Assembly: GCA_040880105.1 (NCBI GenBank)
Contig: JBBDJA010000031.1
Coordinates: 1 to 57,199 of the forward strand
Origin: Waddliaceae bacterium
GTDB lineage: Bacteria > Chlamydiota > Chlamydiia > Chlamydiales > SLOH01
Reading direction: 5' to 3'
Length of the DNA: 57,199 nt
The notes beneath the pieces are model-generated. The model had not been told where the DNA came from. It saw only the letters and a list, made by a program, of their open reading frames with translations, and did no database searches. Shown here in pieces: positions 28,734 to 37,370 of this stretch (position 1 is the first letter of the stretch; the number at the start of each line of letters is the position of its first letter). Made by a program: the position numbers and the translations under genes.

Positions 28734-30653
28734 ATGTCTTCAATATCTTCAATATCTTCCAATGAAGAGCGTTATGATTTACGTCCGAGAAAGAAACAAA
28801 AGCGGTTGAGACGAGTCGGAGAAAAGCGTGTCGAGGATATTGCTTCAAATATCTTAGAAAACTATCGTCGCACAAAATCTGTCGATAGAGAACCTATTGA
28901 CACATCGTCATCTGATGATGAAGAGTATTTTTTACCTGAAAGGCACAAACAAAACGGCTTGACAGCTGAAGATATAGCTTCAAGCATTTTAAATGATTTT
29001 CCTCGAAAAGAGATTGTTGGCAGAGAGAAAGAATCGCTTGAGATACTGAGTATGATTCTGCAGCCAAGAGAAGGGGTGCGTCCACTATTAATTGGGCCAA
29101 GAGGTGTGGGAAAAGAGTCTCTTGTCTCGAAGGTCTCTACAGCCTCAGCTTTGAAAAACAGAAAAATCGTGATGTTAGATTGTCATGAGTTGATCGCCGG
29201 GCCAAATAAGGATCTGTTAGAAACATTTAAAGCGCTGGTAGATTACACTTTATCAGATCCAAGAAATATTCTTTATTTGCAAAATATTGAAAAACTGGTT
29301 CTTACAGATTCTCTCACGGAGTACGCTCAAACACTATTTAAGAGGCAAATTTCACTCATCGGATCGATAAGCGAAGAGTCGAACGATGAAAAGATTCATT
29401 CTGTTCAAAAGTTGCTCTCTAAATACAGTTTTGTTCCCTATTTAGTAAAGGAATCACCCATTGAAGATGTTCAGATTATCGTTAAAAATTATTTAAAGGA
29501 GAATCCTGTCGATTTCAAAGTTGAGATTGAAGACGATGCCATTGATTGCGCGATCAAACTTGCAGCTAAATATGAGCAGAGAAACCCCTTTCCAATGAAA
29601 GCGATTCAACTCATTCAAGGCTGCGTCTGTCGCTACCTACTTTTGCACCAACACGGGAAAGTCACTCAAAAGGAGATACTGGAATACGTCTCTTCAAAAG
29701 CCAAGATTTCGGCTAGTGATTTAATGGAAGAGGCAATATTCGACGAAAAGCAATTTATAAGAAAAATTAGAGGAAATATTGTCGGACAAGATCATGCGAT
29801 ACAAATGGTTGCCGATAGAATTTGTTCATACAGGCTTGGACTTCTGGATTGCAATCGGCCTTGGGGCGTTTTTCTTTTTGTCGGCTCAACAGGGGTAGGG
29901 AAAACAGAGCTTTCAAAAAATATCGCCGATTTTCTCTTTAATGATAAAAATAAATTTATCCGGATCGATGGATCGGAATATAAAGAATCGCACACTGTCT
30001 CCAATCTAATCGGAGCACCTTTGGGATATGAGGGGAATGAAATCGGTGGGTTGTTGACCGAACCACTCCTTCAAGATCCAAAAAGAGTGGTCCTTATTGA
30101 TGAACTTGAAAAAGCGCACCCGGATGTTCAAAAGCTCTTGCTTCAGATTCTGGATAGCGGATCTATTTTAGATCGACGTGGGAAACGAGTCGACTGCTCT
30201 CAAGCGATCTTTATTATGACCTCAAATATCGGCTCTGATACCCTTTTTCAGTTAGGAGAAGAGGCTTTGACAAATGAAAAAGATGTCCTTGAAATCTTAA
30301 ATCCTCTTTTGGTTGAAGCATTTACCCCGGAGCTATGCAATCGATTCAATGCGATTGTTCCGTTCCAGCCATTGAATCAAAAACTTCTTCCCAAAGTCAC
30401 AGAGGTTCATCTTCACCGCATAAAAAAAAGGCTACAAGAACAAGCAGGAATTGATCTAGAGTGGACAGAGGATTTAGTAAGCTACTTTGGACAATTAGAT
30501 TTTGATTTTCGATTTGGTATGCGGGGATTCTGTAGAAAGATCGATAACCTCATTACCTCATACATTAGAGATATTGTGAATTTGCAAAAGGTGCGGCTAA
30601 AGGGAAAGATTATCTTTTCCACCCAAAATGGTGAAGTAATGGTTAGGTATTAA
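28734..30653 (+). CDS. Atypical ClpA/B-family AAA+ ATPase
   Basis: IVGREKE and GPRGVGKES (NBD1, Walker B degenerate); IVGQDHAI, GSTGVGKTE, GAPLGYEG, LIDELEKAHPDV, IMTSN and PELCNR (NBD2). Confidence 0.88.
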   Translation: MSSISSISSNEERYDLRPRKKQKRLRRVGEKRVEDIASNILENYRRTKSVDREPIDTSSSDDEEYFLPERHKQNGLTAEDIASSILNDFPRKEIVGREKESLEILSMILQPREGVRPLLIGPRGVGKESLVSKVSTASALKNRKIVMLDCHELIAGPNKDLLETFKALVDYTLSDPRNILYLQNIEKLVLTDSLTEYAQTLFKRQISLIGSISEESNDEKIHSVQKLLSKYSFVPYLVKESPIEDVQIIVKNYLKENPVDFKVEIEDDAIDCAIKLAAKYEQRNPFPMKAIQLIQGCVCRYLLLHQHGKVTQKEILEYVSSKAKISASDLMEEAIFDEKQFIRKIRGNIVGQDHAIQMVADRICSYRLGLLDCNRPWGVFLFVGSTGVGKTELSKNIADFLFNDKNKFIRIDGSEYKESHTVSNLIGAPLGYEGNEIGGLLTEPLLQDPKRVVLIDELEKAHPDVQKLLLQILDSGSILDRRGKRVDCSQAIFIMTSNIGSDTLFQLGEEALTNEKDVLEILNPLLVEAFTPELCNRFNAIVPFQPLNQKLLPKVTEVHLHRIKKRLQEQAGIDLEWTEDLVSYFGQLDFDFRFGMRGFCRKIDNLITSYIRDIVNLQKVRLKGKIIFSTQNGEVMVRY

Positions 30654-30654
30654 A

Positions 30655-31422
30655 ATGGGAAACGCAAAGCAGATTTTCACGCCCAAGCATGACCGTCCAA
30701 TGCATGTGGTCGTTTTTGGATCGGGTCCGGGGGTCAACCTACTTGGGCTTTTGCAAGCAGAAAAGGAGATGAAAGCGCTTTTTTCCATTCGGGCGCTCTT
30801 AGTCGATAAGCCATGCGGATTTGAAGAGATCGGAAAAGCGGCGGGATTACCTGTGATACTCAATTCCTTTAAGGAGTTTTTCAGTAAAAGAGGTGTAGAT
30901 GACATCACAGATGAAAAGACTCGCGTCGCCTATGATCTAGAAAGCGTCAAACGCCTTCAAGAACTCAATTTTTCAATCGATTTAATTTTTCTTGCAAACT
31001 ATATGCGGGTCATCTACTCACCGCTGCTTAACGCGTTTCCAAACGCTATTATCAATGTCCATCCATCCGATTTGACAGTGAAAGATACACAAGGTGAGAG
31101 GAAGTATAAGGGCGCTCATGCGGTCTATGACGCTTTGAAAGCAGGTGAGATAAAAACACGGTCGAGTGTGTTTTTAGTTGATAGCCATTTAGATACAGGG
31201 CCGTTACTTGTTTCAGGGCCTTTTGTTGATTATACCGAAGGGGTACCTGTCACAAAAGAGAAGGCAAAGCTTCATCAGGAGAAACAGAAAATTCAAAGTG
31301 ATCTACCCGCAGTAAAAAAAGCATTATCATTGATTGCTCAGGGAAAATTACTTGTCGATGAAAATCGAGGCATTTGGCTTGAGAATGAAAAGCTCGGGGA
31401 GTCGGGAATTATCTGCAGTTAG
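30655..31422 (+). CDS. PurN-like formyltransferase (GAR transformylase family)
   Basis: GSGPGVNL, LANYMR, INVHPS and LDTGP motifs (catalytic N, H, D present); starts 1 nt after the Clp stop. Confidence 0.82.
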   Translation: MGNAKQIFTPKHDRPMHVVVFGSGPGVNLLGLLQAEKEMKALFSIRALLVDKPCGFEEIGKAAGLPVILNSFKEFFSKRGVDDITDEKTRVAYDLESVKRLQELNFSIDLIFLANYMRVIYSPLLNAFPNAIINVHPSDLTVKDTQGERKYKGAHAVYDALKAGEIKTRSSVFLVDSHLDTGPLLVSGPFVDYTEGVPVTKEKAKLHQEKQKIQSDLPAVKKALSLIAQGKLLVDENRGIWLENEKLGESGIICS

Positions 31423-31433
31423 ATGACTCTTTA

Positions 31434-31527
31434 GAAACCCCTGATTAACGCAGCTTAATTAATTTTGTGCCTTTTTCAAGGGAATTCGACAAAAACGCAC
31501 TCAAATAACTATTAAATAGCGAAGATT
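31434..31527. repeat. Palindromic intergenic element, half copy H
   Basis: GAAACCCCTGATTAACGCAGCTTAATTAATTTTGTGCCTTTTTCAAGGGAATTCGACAAAAACGCACTC..AACTATTAAATAG; similarity ends near the central axis. Confidence 0.88.
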
Positions 31528-31646
31528 ATTGGAAGTGGAAGAAGAGATGGGGAGTCACCTGAAAAACCACTTCATTTCCTGTGAATACTTATTGTGTAAT
31601 CACCTATGGACGTCCGGACAAATGTATTGAGGAAAAATAAATGAAT

Positions 31647-31719
<73 letters not shown>

Positions 31720-31764
31720 AGATGATTCAAGTCGCTAAATGGACTTTTTATCGAACCAACGGAG

Positions 31765-32373
31765 TTAAGATAGAAGAAACTCACTTTTTGTGCAATAGAT
31801 TTTAATGCAGATGTCAATTTGTTTGAACTGGGTTTGAAATTGCGGACGATCATGCAGCAGGACAGCTTGTAGATAATTCATTAAAACAAAAAAAATGCTC
31901 CGATTTCTAACTCCCTTAATCAATAAGCCAATTGTGAAGTAATGCTCGATATCCGGAATGACATAATTTTCCTTTTGAACTATGGACAAAGCTAGCATCT
32001 GACTCTTCATTCCTTTTAGACGCTTTGAATACAAATCATCGTCTATTATTTTTTCTTGATCAAAAACTTGGATTTGTTTGAATTGATCAAATGCCTCTTT
32101 CTTTACTGTATAGCCGCTTAAGTAATGATAAAGGGAGATAATGTGGATTAATACCATGATTTTACTTAATTTAGGGGAGTAAATAGGGGATGGTAAAAAC
32201 TCTCGTTTAAAAAAACTTTTGATACAAAGATTATTTTTGTGAAGGAACTCTGCGAGTTTTAGATAATCGTTTGCGACATCAAAAAGGTACTCAAGAACAA
32301 GGTGAGAGGGTCCATAAGGAATCAATTGTTCAATTAGATCTTTAGTCTCCTTGTATTCAACGAGCGGATTCAT
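31765..32373 (-). CDS. Hypothetical protein
   Basis: 202-aa ORF starting 3 nt after the stop of the second tsp; no recognisable motif. Confidence 0.65.
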   Translation of the reverse strand: MNPLVEYKETKDLIEQLIPYGPSHLVLEYLFDVANDYLKLAEFLHKNNLCIKSFFKREFLPSPIYSPKLSKIMVLIHIISLYHYLSGYTVKKEAFDQFKQIQVFDQEKIIDDDLYSKRLKGMKSQMLALSIVQKENYVIPDIEHYFTIGLLIKGVRNRSIFFVLMNYLQAVLLHDRPQFQTQFKQIDICIKIYCTKSEFLLS

Positions 32374-32376
32374 GAT

Positions 32377-34239
32377 TTAATTGTGTCGATTCATATCTTT
32401 AATAATGAGGATCGCTTCATCGACTTGGACTTTGTTGATAAAAGCCGCTTCATTTTGATTTAAAACAGGTTTGTAAATCAGTTGTTGATAGTCTACATTT
32501 TGAGCCAATCGCTTTTCGCTTTGCCTTCTCAGATAAGGAACCATCATCTTCCACTCTGTTGTTTTCTTTTGTAAGGAAGGAACATAGTAACTTAAAAACC
32601 AAGGGCGCTTTTGTCGCTCGACATCTTGAAGGGGGTCTTCAAACAGCGCGGCGATCTTTCCGCTCTCAATCGGATCTTCAAGATACTCCTCACCAATCAT
32701 CTCATTATGGTAAATTCCTGGCACTAAAATATCAGCTAGTACCCCAGTTTTTTGAGGAGATTTTCCGGATACTGTATAGTACTGGCCTACGGTCACTTTA
32801 AATTGAGAGGTTGCATCTGAACTTGTTGTTGTTTGACTTTGGATCGTTCCCTTACCGTATGTTCTTTGATCTCCGACTATAAGAGCAATTCCATAATCTT
32901 GAAGCGCCTGGGCCACAATTTCAGCTGCAGATGCAGTCGCCTTTGAGGTTAAAACAATAATCGGGCCATTATAGGCATCAAAATGATCTAAATCTCGGTA
33001 TAGCTTCTTCGATCCATTTTCGTATTTTGAGACAACGACAATTCCAGTTGTCATAAAAAGTCCGGCAACATTGACAGCCTCGCTTAAGAAGCCGCCGCTG
33101 TTATCTCTCATATCAAGTATTAGACCCTTTAAAGATCCTTTTAGCTTTAATCGCTCGATTGCCTTTTTAAGATCATTTTCTGTAGATACTTCATTTTTTC
33201 CGCGATAGAATGAATCAATAGTAATAAAACCAATAATTCCATTATTCCATGGAATGGCTTGCTCCTTGACGCGCCCCTCATCGATTGGAATAAAGGCTTT
33301 ATTGAGAGTGACCTTAAATGTTCTGCCGTTTCGAACGAGAGTCAAAACAATTTGCTTTTTTCCTTCCGAACGCAGCATCTCAACAACACTGACTAGCGGC
33401 TTGATATCGACTTTTTGATTATCAATTCGAATAAGCTGATCACCTTCTTTAATTTGTTTAGATTTTTCAGCAGGACTTCCCTTTAAAATCTCTGTCACAT
33501 AGAAGTAACTACCCCTCTTCTCGACATGAACTCCAATTCCCTCAAAACCTTTTTGTAGTTTGATTTTAAGATCAAAAGCCTCTTTTGGATCAAAAAAAGA
33601 ACTATGAGAATCTAAACTACTTGTTAATGCTTTGAGAATATGGAGAGTCATCAGATTTTGTGTTTGTTCTTTTGAAAGAGGCTCTCCCTCATCATCGAGG
33701 AAAAGGTAGGTATTCTCCTCTAAGCGTTTCTGGCTGTCATATTGGTTAAAGAGGCTTTTTGAGGGTTTGCGGCCAAGCGACTCTGCGAACTGCCCAAAAT
33801 CATAGTGAATCCGTCTTTTTAGCTCATTGACGGAGCGGGCAAACTGAATCGGATTCACCTCCGGAATTGGCTCTTCGACTAGTAATTCGCTTCTGATTGA
33901 GCGTGCTCGAATAATAGATTTTTGAATTTGCGCATTCAACGCTTCATAAGCGGAAAAGTCTTCTTGATCATACTGTATCATTAAATCGAGAACGTCTTCA
34001 TCGGACAGACGGGCGTAAGGAAGCACTTCTTCTTCAAGAAAGTATGTGTGGTTAGGATCGAAACGCTCGATATAACGAAGGAATGAGTCTCTGATCACAT
34101 CTTTTGTGATTCCTTTATTCGATATATGTTTGCCAAAGATAGATTGCATCACTTCATGGATATTGGTTTTCTCAAGCGGCAATTGTTCTTGAGAAAAAAG
34201 CGAAAGCGTCAACGTAAGTAAAATAATGATAAAGCGCAA
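32377..34239 (-). CDS. Second tail-specific (S41) protease paralog with PDZ domain
   Basis: TTG start at 34239 after AGGAGG, then a signal peptide; LDSHSSFF, GIGV, DMRDNSGG, TASAAEI and TYGKGT motifs. Confidence 0.9.
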   Translation of the reverse strand: MRFIIILLTLTLSLFSQEQLPLEKTNIHEVMQSIFGKHISNKGITKDVIRDSFLRYIERFDPNHTYFLEEEVLPYARLSDEDVLDLMIQYDQEDFSAYEALNAQIQKSIIRARSIRSELLVEEPIPEVNPIQFARSVNELKRRIHYDFGQFAESLGRKPSKSLFNQYDSQKRLEENTYLFLDDEGEPLSKEQTQNLMTLHILKALTSSLDSHSSFFDPKEAFDLKIKLQKGFEGIGVHVEKRGSYFYVTEILKGSPAEKSKQIKEGDQLIRIDNQKVDIKPLVSVVEMLRSEGKKQIVLTLVRNGRTFKVTLNKAFIPIDEGRVKEQAIPWNNGIIGFITIDSFYRGKNEVSTENDLKKAIERLKLKGSLKGLILDMRDNSGGFLSEAVNVAGLFMTTGIVVVSKYENGSKKLYRDLDHFDAYNGPIIVLTSKATASAAEIVAQALQDYGIALIVGDQRTYGKGTIQSQTTTSSDATSQFKVTVGQYYTVSGKSPQKTGVLADILVPGIYHNEMIGEEYLEDPIESGKIAALFEDPLQDVERQKRPWFLSYYVPSLQKKTTEWKMMVPYLRRQSEKRLAQNVDYQQLIYKPVLNQNEAAFINKVQVDEAILIIKDMNRHN

Positions 34240-34272
34240 AAGAACCCTCCTTTTCCTTATTATAATAATTAT

Positions 34273-34332
34273 TTTAAGAAAAAGTCCAATAAGCAATTTA
34301 ACTCTGTTGGAAATTAAATTAATCAGAGGCTC
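34273..34332. repeat. Remnant arm/terminus of the palindromic element
   Basis: AATTTAACTC...TTAATCAGAGGCTC resembles the right arm of copies D and E. Confidence 0.45.
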
Positions 34333-34351
34333 ATTAAGTAGACTACTGGGC

Positions 34352-35326
34352 TCAATGGTTGACTTTTATAACGGCTTGAATATGTCTCCAATCACGTAAT
34401 TTAATATAAAAAATTGTCATAAAGAGAAATAAGGCAAGAAGAGTCACAACAAGCCCACTTGTTGAGAGTGCAAGGCCGTACACAGAGAATAGATGACGGG
34501 CAAGGGCAACTCCAAAAAATGCGGAAAGAGCTCCAATCAACATTGCAATCAATAGCATTTGCTTGAGGTGATGTGTCAAAAGACGTGCGCAAAGAGCCGG
34601 GACGGTAAGAAAGGCAAGAACCATTAAGACACCTACAGCCCGAAAGGAAACGATCACAGTTGTGGCTGTCTGAAACATTAAGAGATAGTGGAAAAGGGAG
34701 GGGGAAATTCCAAGTACTGTGGAAAGGCCCGGGTCGAAGCTTGTCACTTGGTATTCTTTGTAAAACAAGAGGATAAGGAAGATGTTCATGAGCGCGATAA
34801 TCCAAACCATTTTTCCATCTTCTAAACGCAAAGCATCCACACTGCCCATTACAGCCTCTACACCAAGATGGATATCGCGAAGATAAATGGTTGCAAGGAG
34901 AATGCCTAGGGCAAAAAACGTGGTAAAGACGATTGCAATACTTGCATCCGGTGTGAGTTTAATTGTTTTAATCAAAAATTCAGTCGCTACAGTCGTTAAT
35001 ATCGCGCAAAAAAGAGCGCCAAAAAGGAGTCTTGGAAGAACAGTTTGAGTGTCGTAGAACGGCTGCTCGGGGAAAATCAAAACGGTAATGACAATGCCAA
35101 GTAAAATCGTGTGTGAAAGAGAATTGGCAAGCATCGTCATCTTTCGAAGAACGAGGAAGGTTCCTATTAATGCACATGAAGTACTCACACCTAGAAGAAC
35201 GAGAAGTTGAATTTCATCGGATGCGAGATCGGAAAATGACTGCTTTCCTTGAAGGATGAGGGAAAGTCTCTGAAAGAAAATCACGAAAAATTCAAAGAAG
35301 GTACTGCCGCTGTAAGGGAATCTCAT
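34352..35326 (-). CDS. ytgD: Metal ABC transporter permease (TroD/YtgD)
   Basis: GTFLVLRKMTMLANSLSHTIL, FALGI and SFDPG motifs; last gene of the operon. Confidence 0.9.
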   Translation of the reverse strand: MRFPYSGSTFFEFFVIFFQRLSLILQGKQSFSDLASDEIQLLVLLGVSTSCALIGTFLVLRKMTMLANSLSHTILLGIVITVLIFPEQPFYDTQTVLPRLLFGALFCAILTTVATEFLIKTIKLTPDASIAIVFTTFFALGILLATIYLRDIHLGVEAVMGSVDALRLEDGKMVWIIALMNIFLILLFYKEYQVTSFDPGLSTVLGISPSLFHYLLMFQTATTVIVSFRAVGVLMVLAFLTVPALCARLLTHHLKQMLLIAMLIGALSAFFGVALARHLFSVYGLALSTSGLVVTLLALFLFMTIFYIKLRDWRHIQAVIKVNH

Positions 35327-36630
35327 GAGTCGCTCCTTGGAGGGATTGGCTGCTGGTGAGGATCTTGCGTTGGGTTCTGTAGAAGTTTAATGAGTTCATC
35401 TTCTAATTCGGGTGTAATAATGTGCTCCATCTCCTCAGCGCTGTGGTGAACGCGTCTACTACTTGCTCCAAGGTAATTCGCAAGATAGACTTCCCAAAGT
35501 CGATGAAGCCGTACAATCTGCGCCGCGCGTTTTTCCCCCTCTTCCGTGAGAGCATATCCGGAGTTTTGATAGGTAAGCTGCCCTTGATAGACAAGTTTTT
35601 TGAGTATTAATTTTAAAAATATCCAGTGCATCCGATGGGTGCCTCTGATTTGTGAAAACGGATAGGTACCGCTTGGATCTCTTCTCCAGATCCCTTTAAG
35701 AATGTTTTCGGAAATGCAGCGAAGACGGAAGCGAAAATGGCGGATGAGTCGAGGAATTAACCCTTGGGATGGTGATAATAGTAAAGATAAGGTGCATATT
35801 GTTGCCGAGACAAGGACAATTGTGGGTCCCGTTGGAAGAGAGGTTCCCTTCTCAACTAGAGTGACAGATAGGTAATTTCCTAAAAATCCGCTAATAACCC
35901 CAAATGATCCTGCAAGCCAAAGCATTGTAGAAAATCGTTTAGTTAGATATCGAGCAGAAACAGCCGGGGAGACAAGCATGGCAGAAATTAAGACAATACC
36001 AACAGCTCGGATACCAACGACGACAGATAGAATAATGAGTAGAAAAATGACAGCATCAATCTTCGCAACGGGAAGCTTGAGAACTTTAGCAGATTGTCTG
36101 TCAAAAGTGATTAAATGAATCTCTTTATAAAAAATGATGAGGGGACCCAGAATAATAAAGGCAAGGGCGCCGTAGATCATTAAATCCACATCGGTCATGG
36201 TCGCCGCTTGTCCAAATAGGTAGATGAAACTTTGTCGATAAAGTTCAGGGGAAGAAAACTGCACTCCACTTGCGAGTGTGATCCCGACTCCAAAAAAAAT
36301 AGAAAGAATCGTACAAAGAGCAACATCGGGTGAAATGTTCCATAGAGACTGTAGCTTGATAATGGAAAAGTATCCAAGTATTGCTGTAAAAGAGGCACCT
36401 AAGAGGATTGATAGGGTTAAAGATCCTTGGTCATAAGGAGAGACTCCAAGCCATGCTGCGACAATAACCCCAATGATAACGCCCGGGTATGTGGCGTGAG
36501 AGAGTGCCTCTCCAATAAGAGATTGTTTTCTTAAGTACGCAATGCTGCCGATCAATGCTGTTGAAAAGCAAATTAGCATGCTGCCTATTGTCGGAGCTCT
36601 AAGAACAGGATCTGTAAAGAATTCAATCAT
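35323..36630 (-). CDS. ytgC: Metal ABC permease fused to DtxR-like repressor (YtgC-YtgR)
   Basis: SLIGEALSHATYPG permease followed by C-terminal LTEEG..A..IVRLHRLWEVYL, AEEMEH and DPHQQPIP. Confidence 0.92.
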   Translation of the reverse strand: MIEFFTDPVLRAPTIGSMLICFSTALIGSIAYLRKQSLIGEALSHATYPGVIIGVIVAAWLGVSPYDQGSLTLSILLGASFTAILGYFSIIKLQSLWNISPDVALCTILSIFFGVGITLASGVQFSSPELYRQSFIYLFGQAATMTDVDLMIYGALAFIILGPLIIFYKEIHLITFDRQSAKVLKLPVAKIDAVIFLLIILSVVVGIRAVGIVLISAMLVSPAVSARYLTKRFSTMLWLAGSFGVISGFLGNYLSVTLVEKGTSLPTGPTIVLVSATICTLSLLLSPSQGLIPRLIRHFRFRLRCISENILKGIWRRDPSGTYPFSQIRGTHRMHWIFLKLILKKLVYQGQLTYQNSGYALTEEGEKRAAQIVRLHRLWEVYLANYLGASSRRVHHSAEEMEHIITPELEDELIKLLQNPTQDPHQQPIPPRSDS

Positions 36631-37370
36631 ACGTTCGTTTGTTTAGAAAGTTTGAGAGCTTCATCAAACAGAGTGTAGTTTTTTCCAAAAGTGAGAGCGA
36701 GCTGCTCTTTTGTAAATACATTTTCGACAGGACCCGATGCAATTAGGCGGGTATTGAGCAAAATGACCCAGTTAAAAATAGATTCAACGGTTGCAAGATC
36801 GTGATGAACGACAAGAAGCGTCTTTCCCATTTGGCGCAAATCGTTAAAAAGCGCTAATATTGTCTGTTTTGACCCCTCATCAATACCCACAAAAGGTTCG
36901 TCGAGAAAAAGGATCTCAGCCTCTTGAATTAAAGCGCGTGCGATAAAGGCACGTTGTTGCTGTCCACCGGAAAGCTGGTTAATTTGGTGCGAAGCGTAAG
37001 CAGTGAGGCCAACTTTTTCAAGATAATGGTCCGCAGCATTCCAGTCTGATTTTTTTGGAAAACGAAAAACCCCGATTTTCCCATATCTTCCCATTAAAAC
37101 AAGTTCTCGAACAGTAATAGGAAAATCCCAATCGACAGTTTCTCTTTGAGGAACATATGCAATCGATTTGCCCCCATAATTCACCGCGCCTGATAAAGAG
37201 GGGATAAGCCCAAGAGCAGCTTTTAAGAAAGTCGTTTTTCCTGCGCCATTGGGTCCGACAATTGCGACCAGCACTCCTTTGGGGATTTTAAGAGAGATAT
37301 CCCAAAGTGCGGCAGTTTTTCCGTAATTAACGCTAAGTTCAGAAATCTCTAGTGCGTGTTCCATTTGCAT
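36627..37370 (-). CDS. ytgB: Metal ABC transporter ATP-binding protein (TroB/YtgB)
   Basis: GPNGAGKTT, AYVPQR, LSGGQQQR, LDEPF and VHHDL motifs; exact start uncertain (37364-37382). Confidence 0.93.
   Translation of the reverse strand: MQMEHALEISELSVNYGKTAALWDISLKIPKGVLVAIVGPNGAGKTTFLKAALGLIPSLSGAVNYGGKSIAYVPQRETVDWDFPITVRELVLMGRYGKIGVFRFPKKSDWNAADHYLEKVGLTAYASHQINQLSGGQQQRAFIARALIQEAEILFLDEPFVGIDEGSKQTILALFNDLRQMGKTLLVVHHDLATVESIFNWVILLNTRLIASGPVENVFTKEQLALTFGKNYTLFDEALKLSKQTNV

Noticed and set aside
37..31527. Palindromic elements as integron attC sites (TAAC...GTTA near the ends)
   Set aside because: Ends do not fit RYYYAAC/GTTRRRY, copies occur in both orientations beside core genes, and there is no integrase or cassette array.
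35323..36630. Permease-repressor fusion as a novelty
   Set aside because: Already described as YtgCR in Chlamydia.
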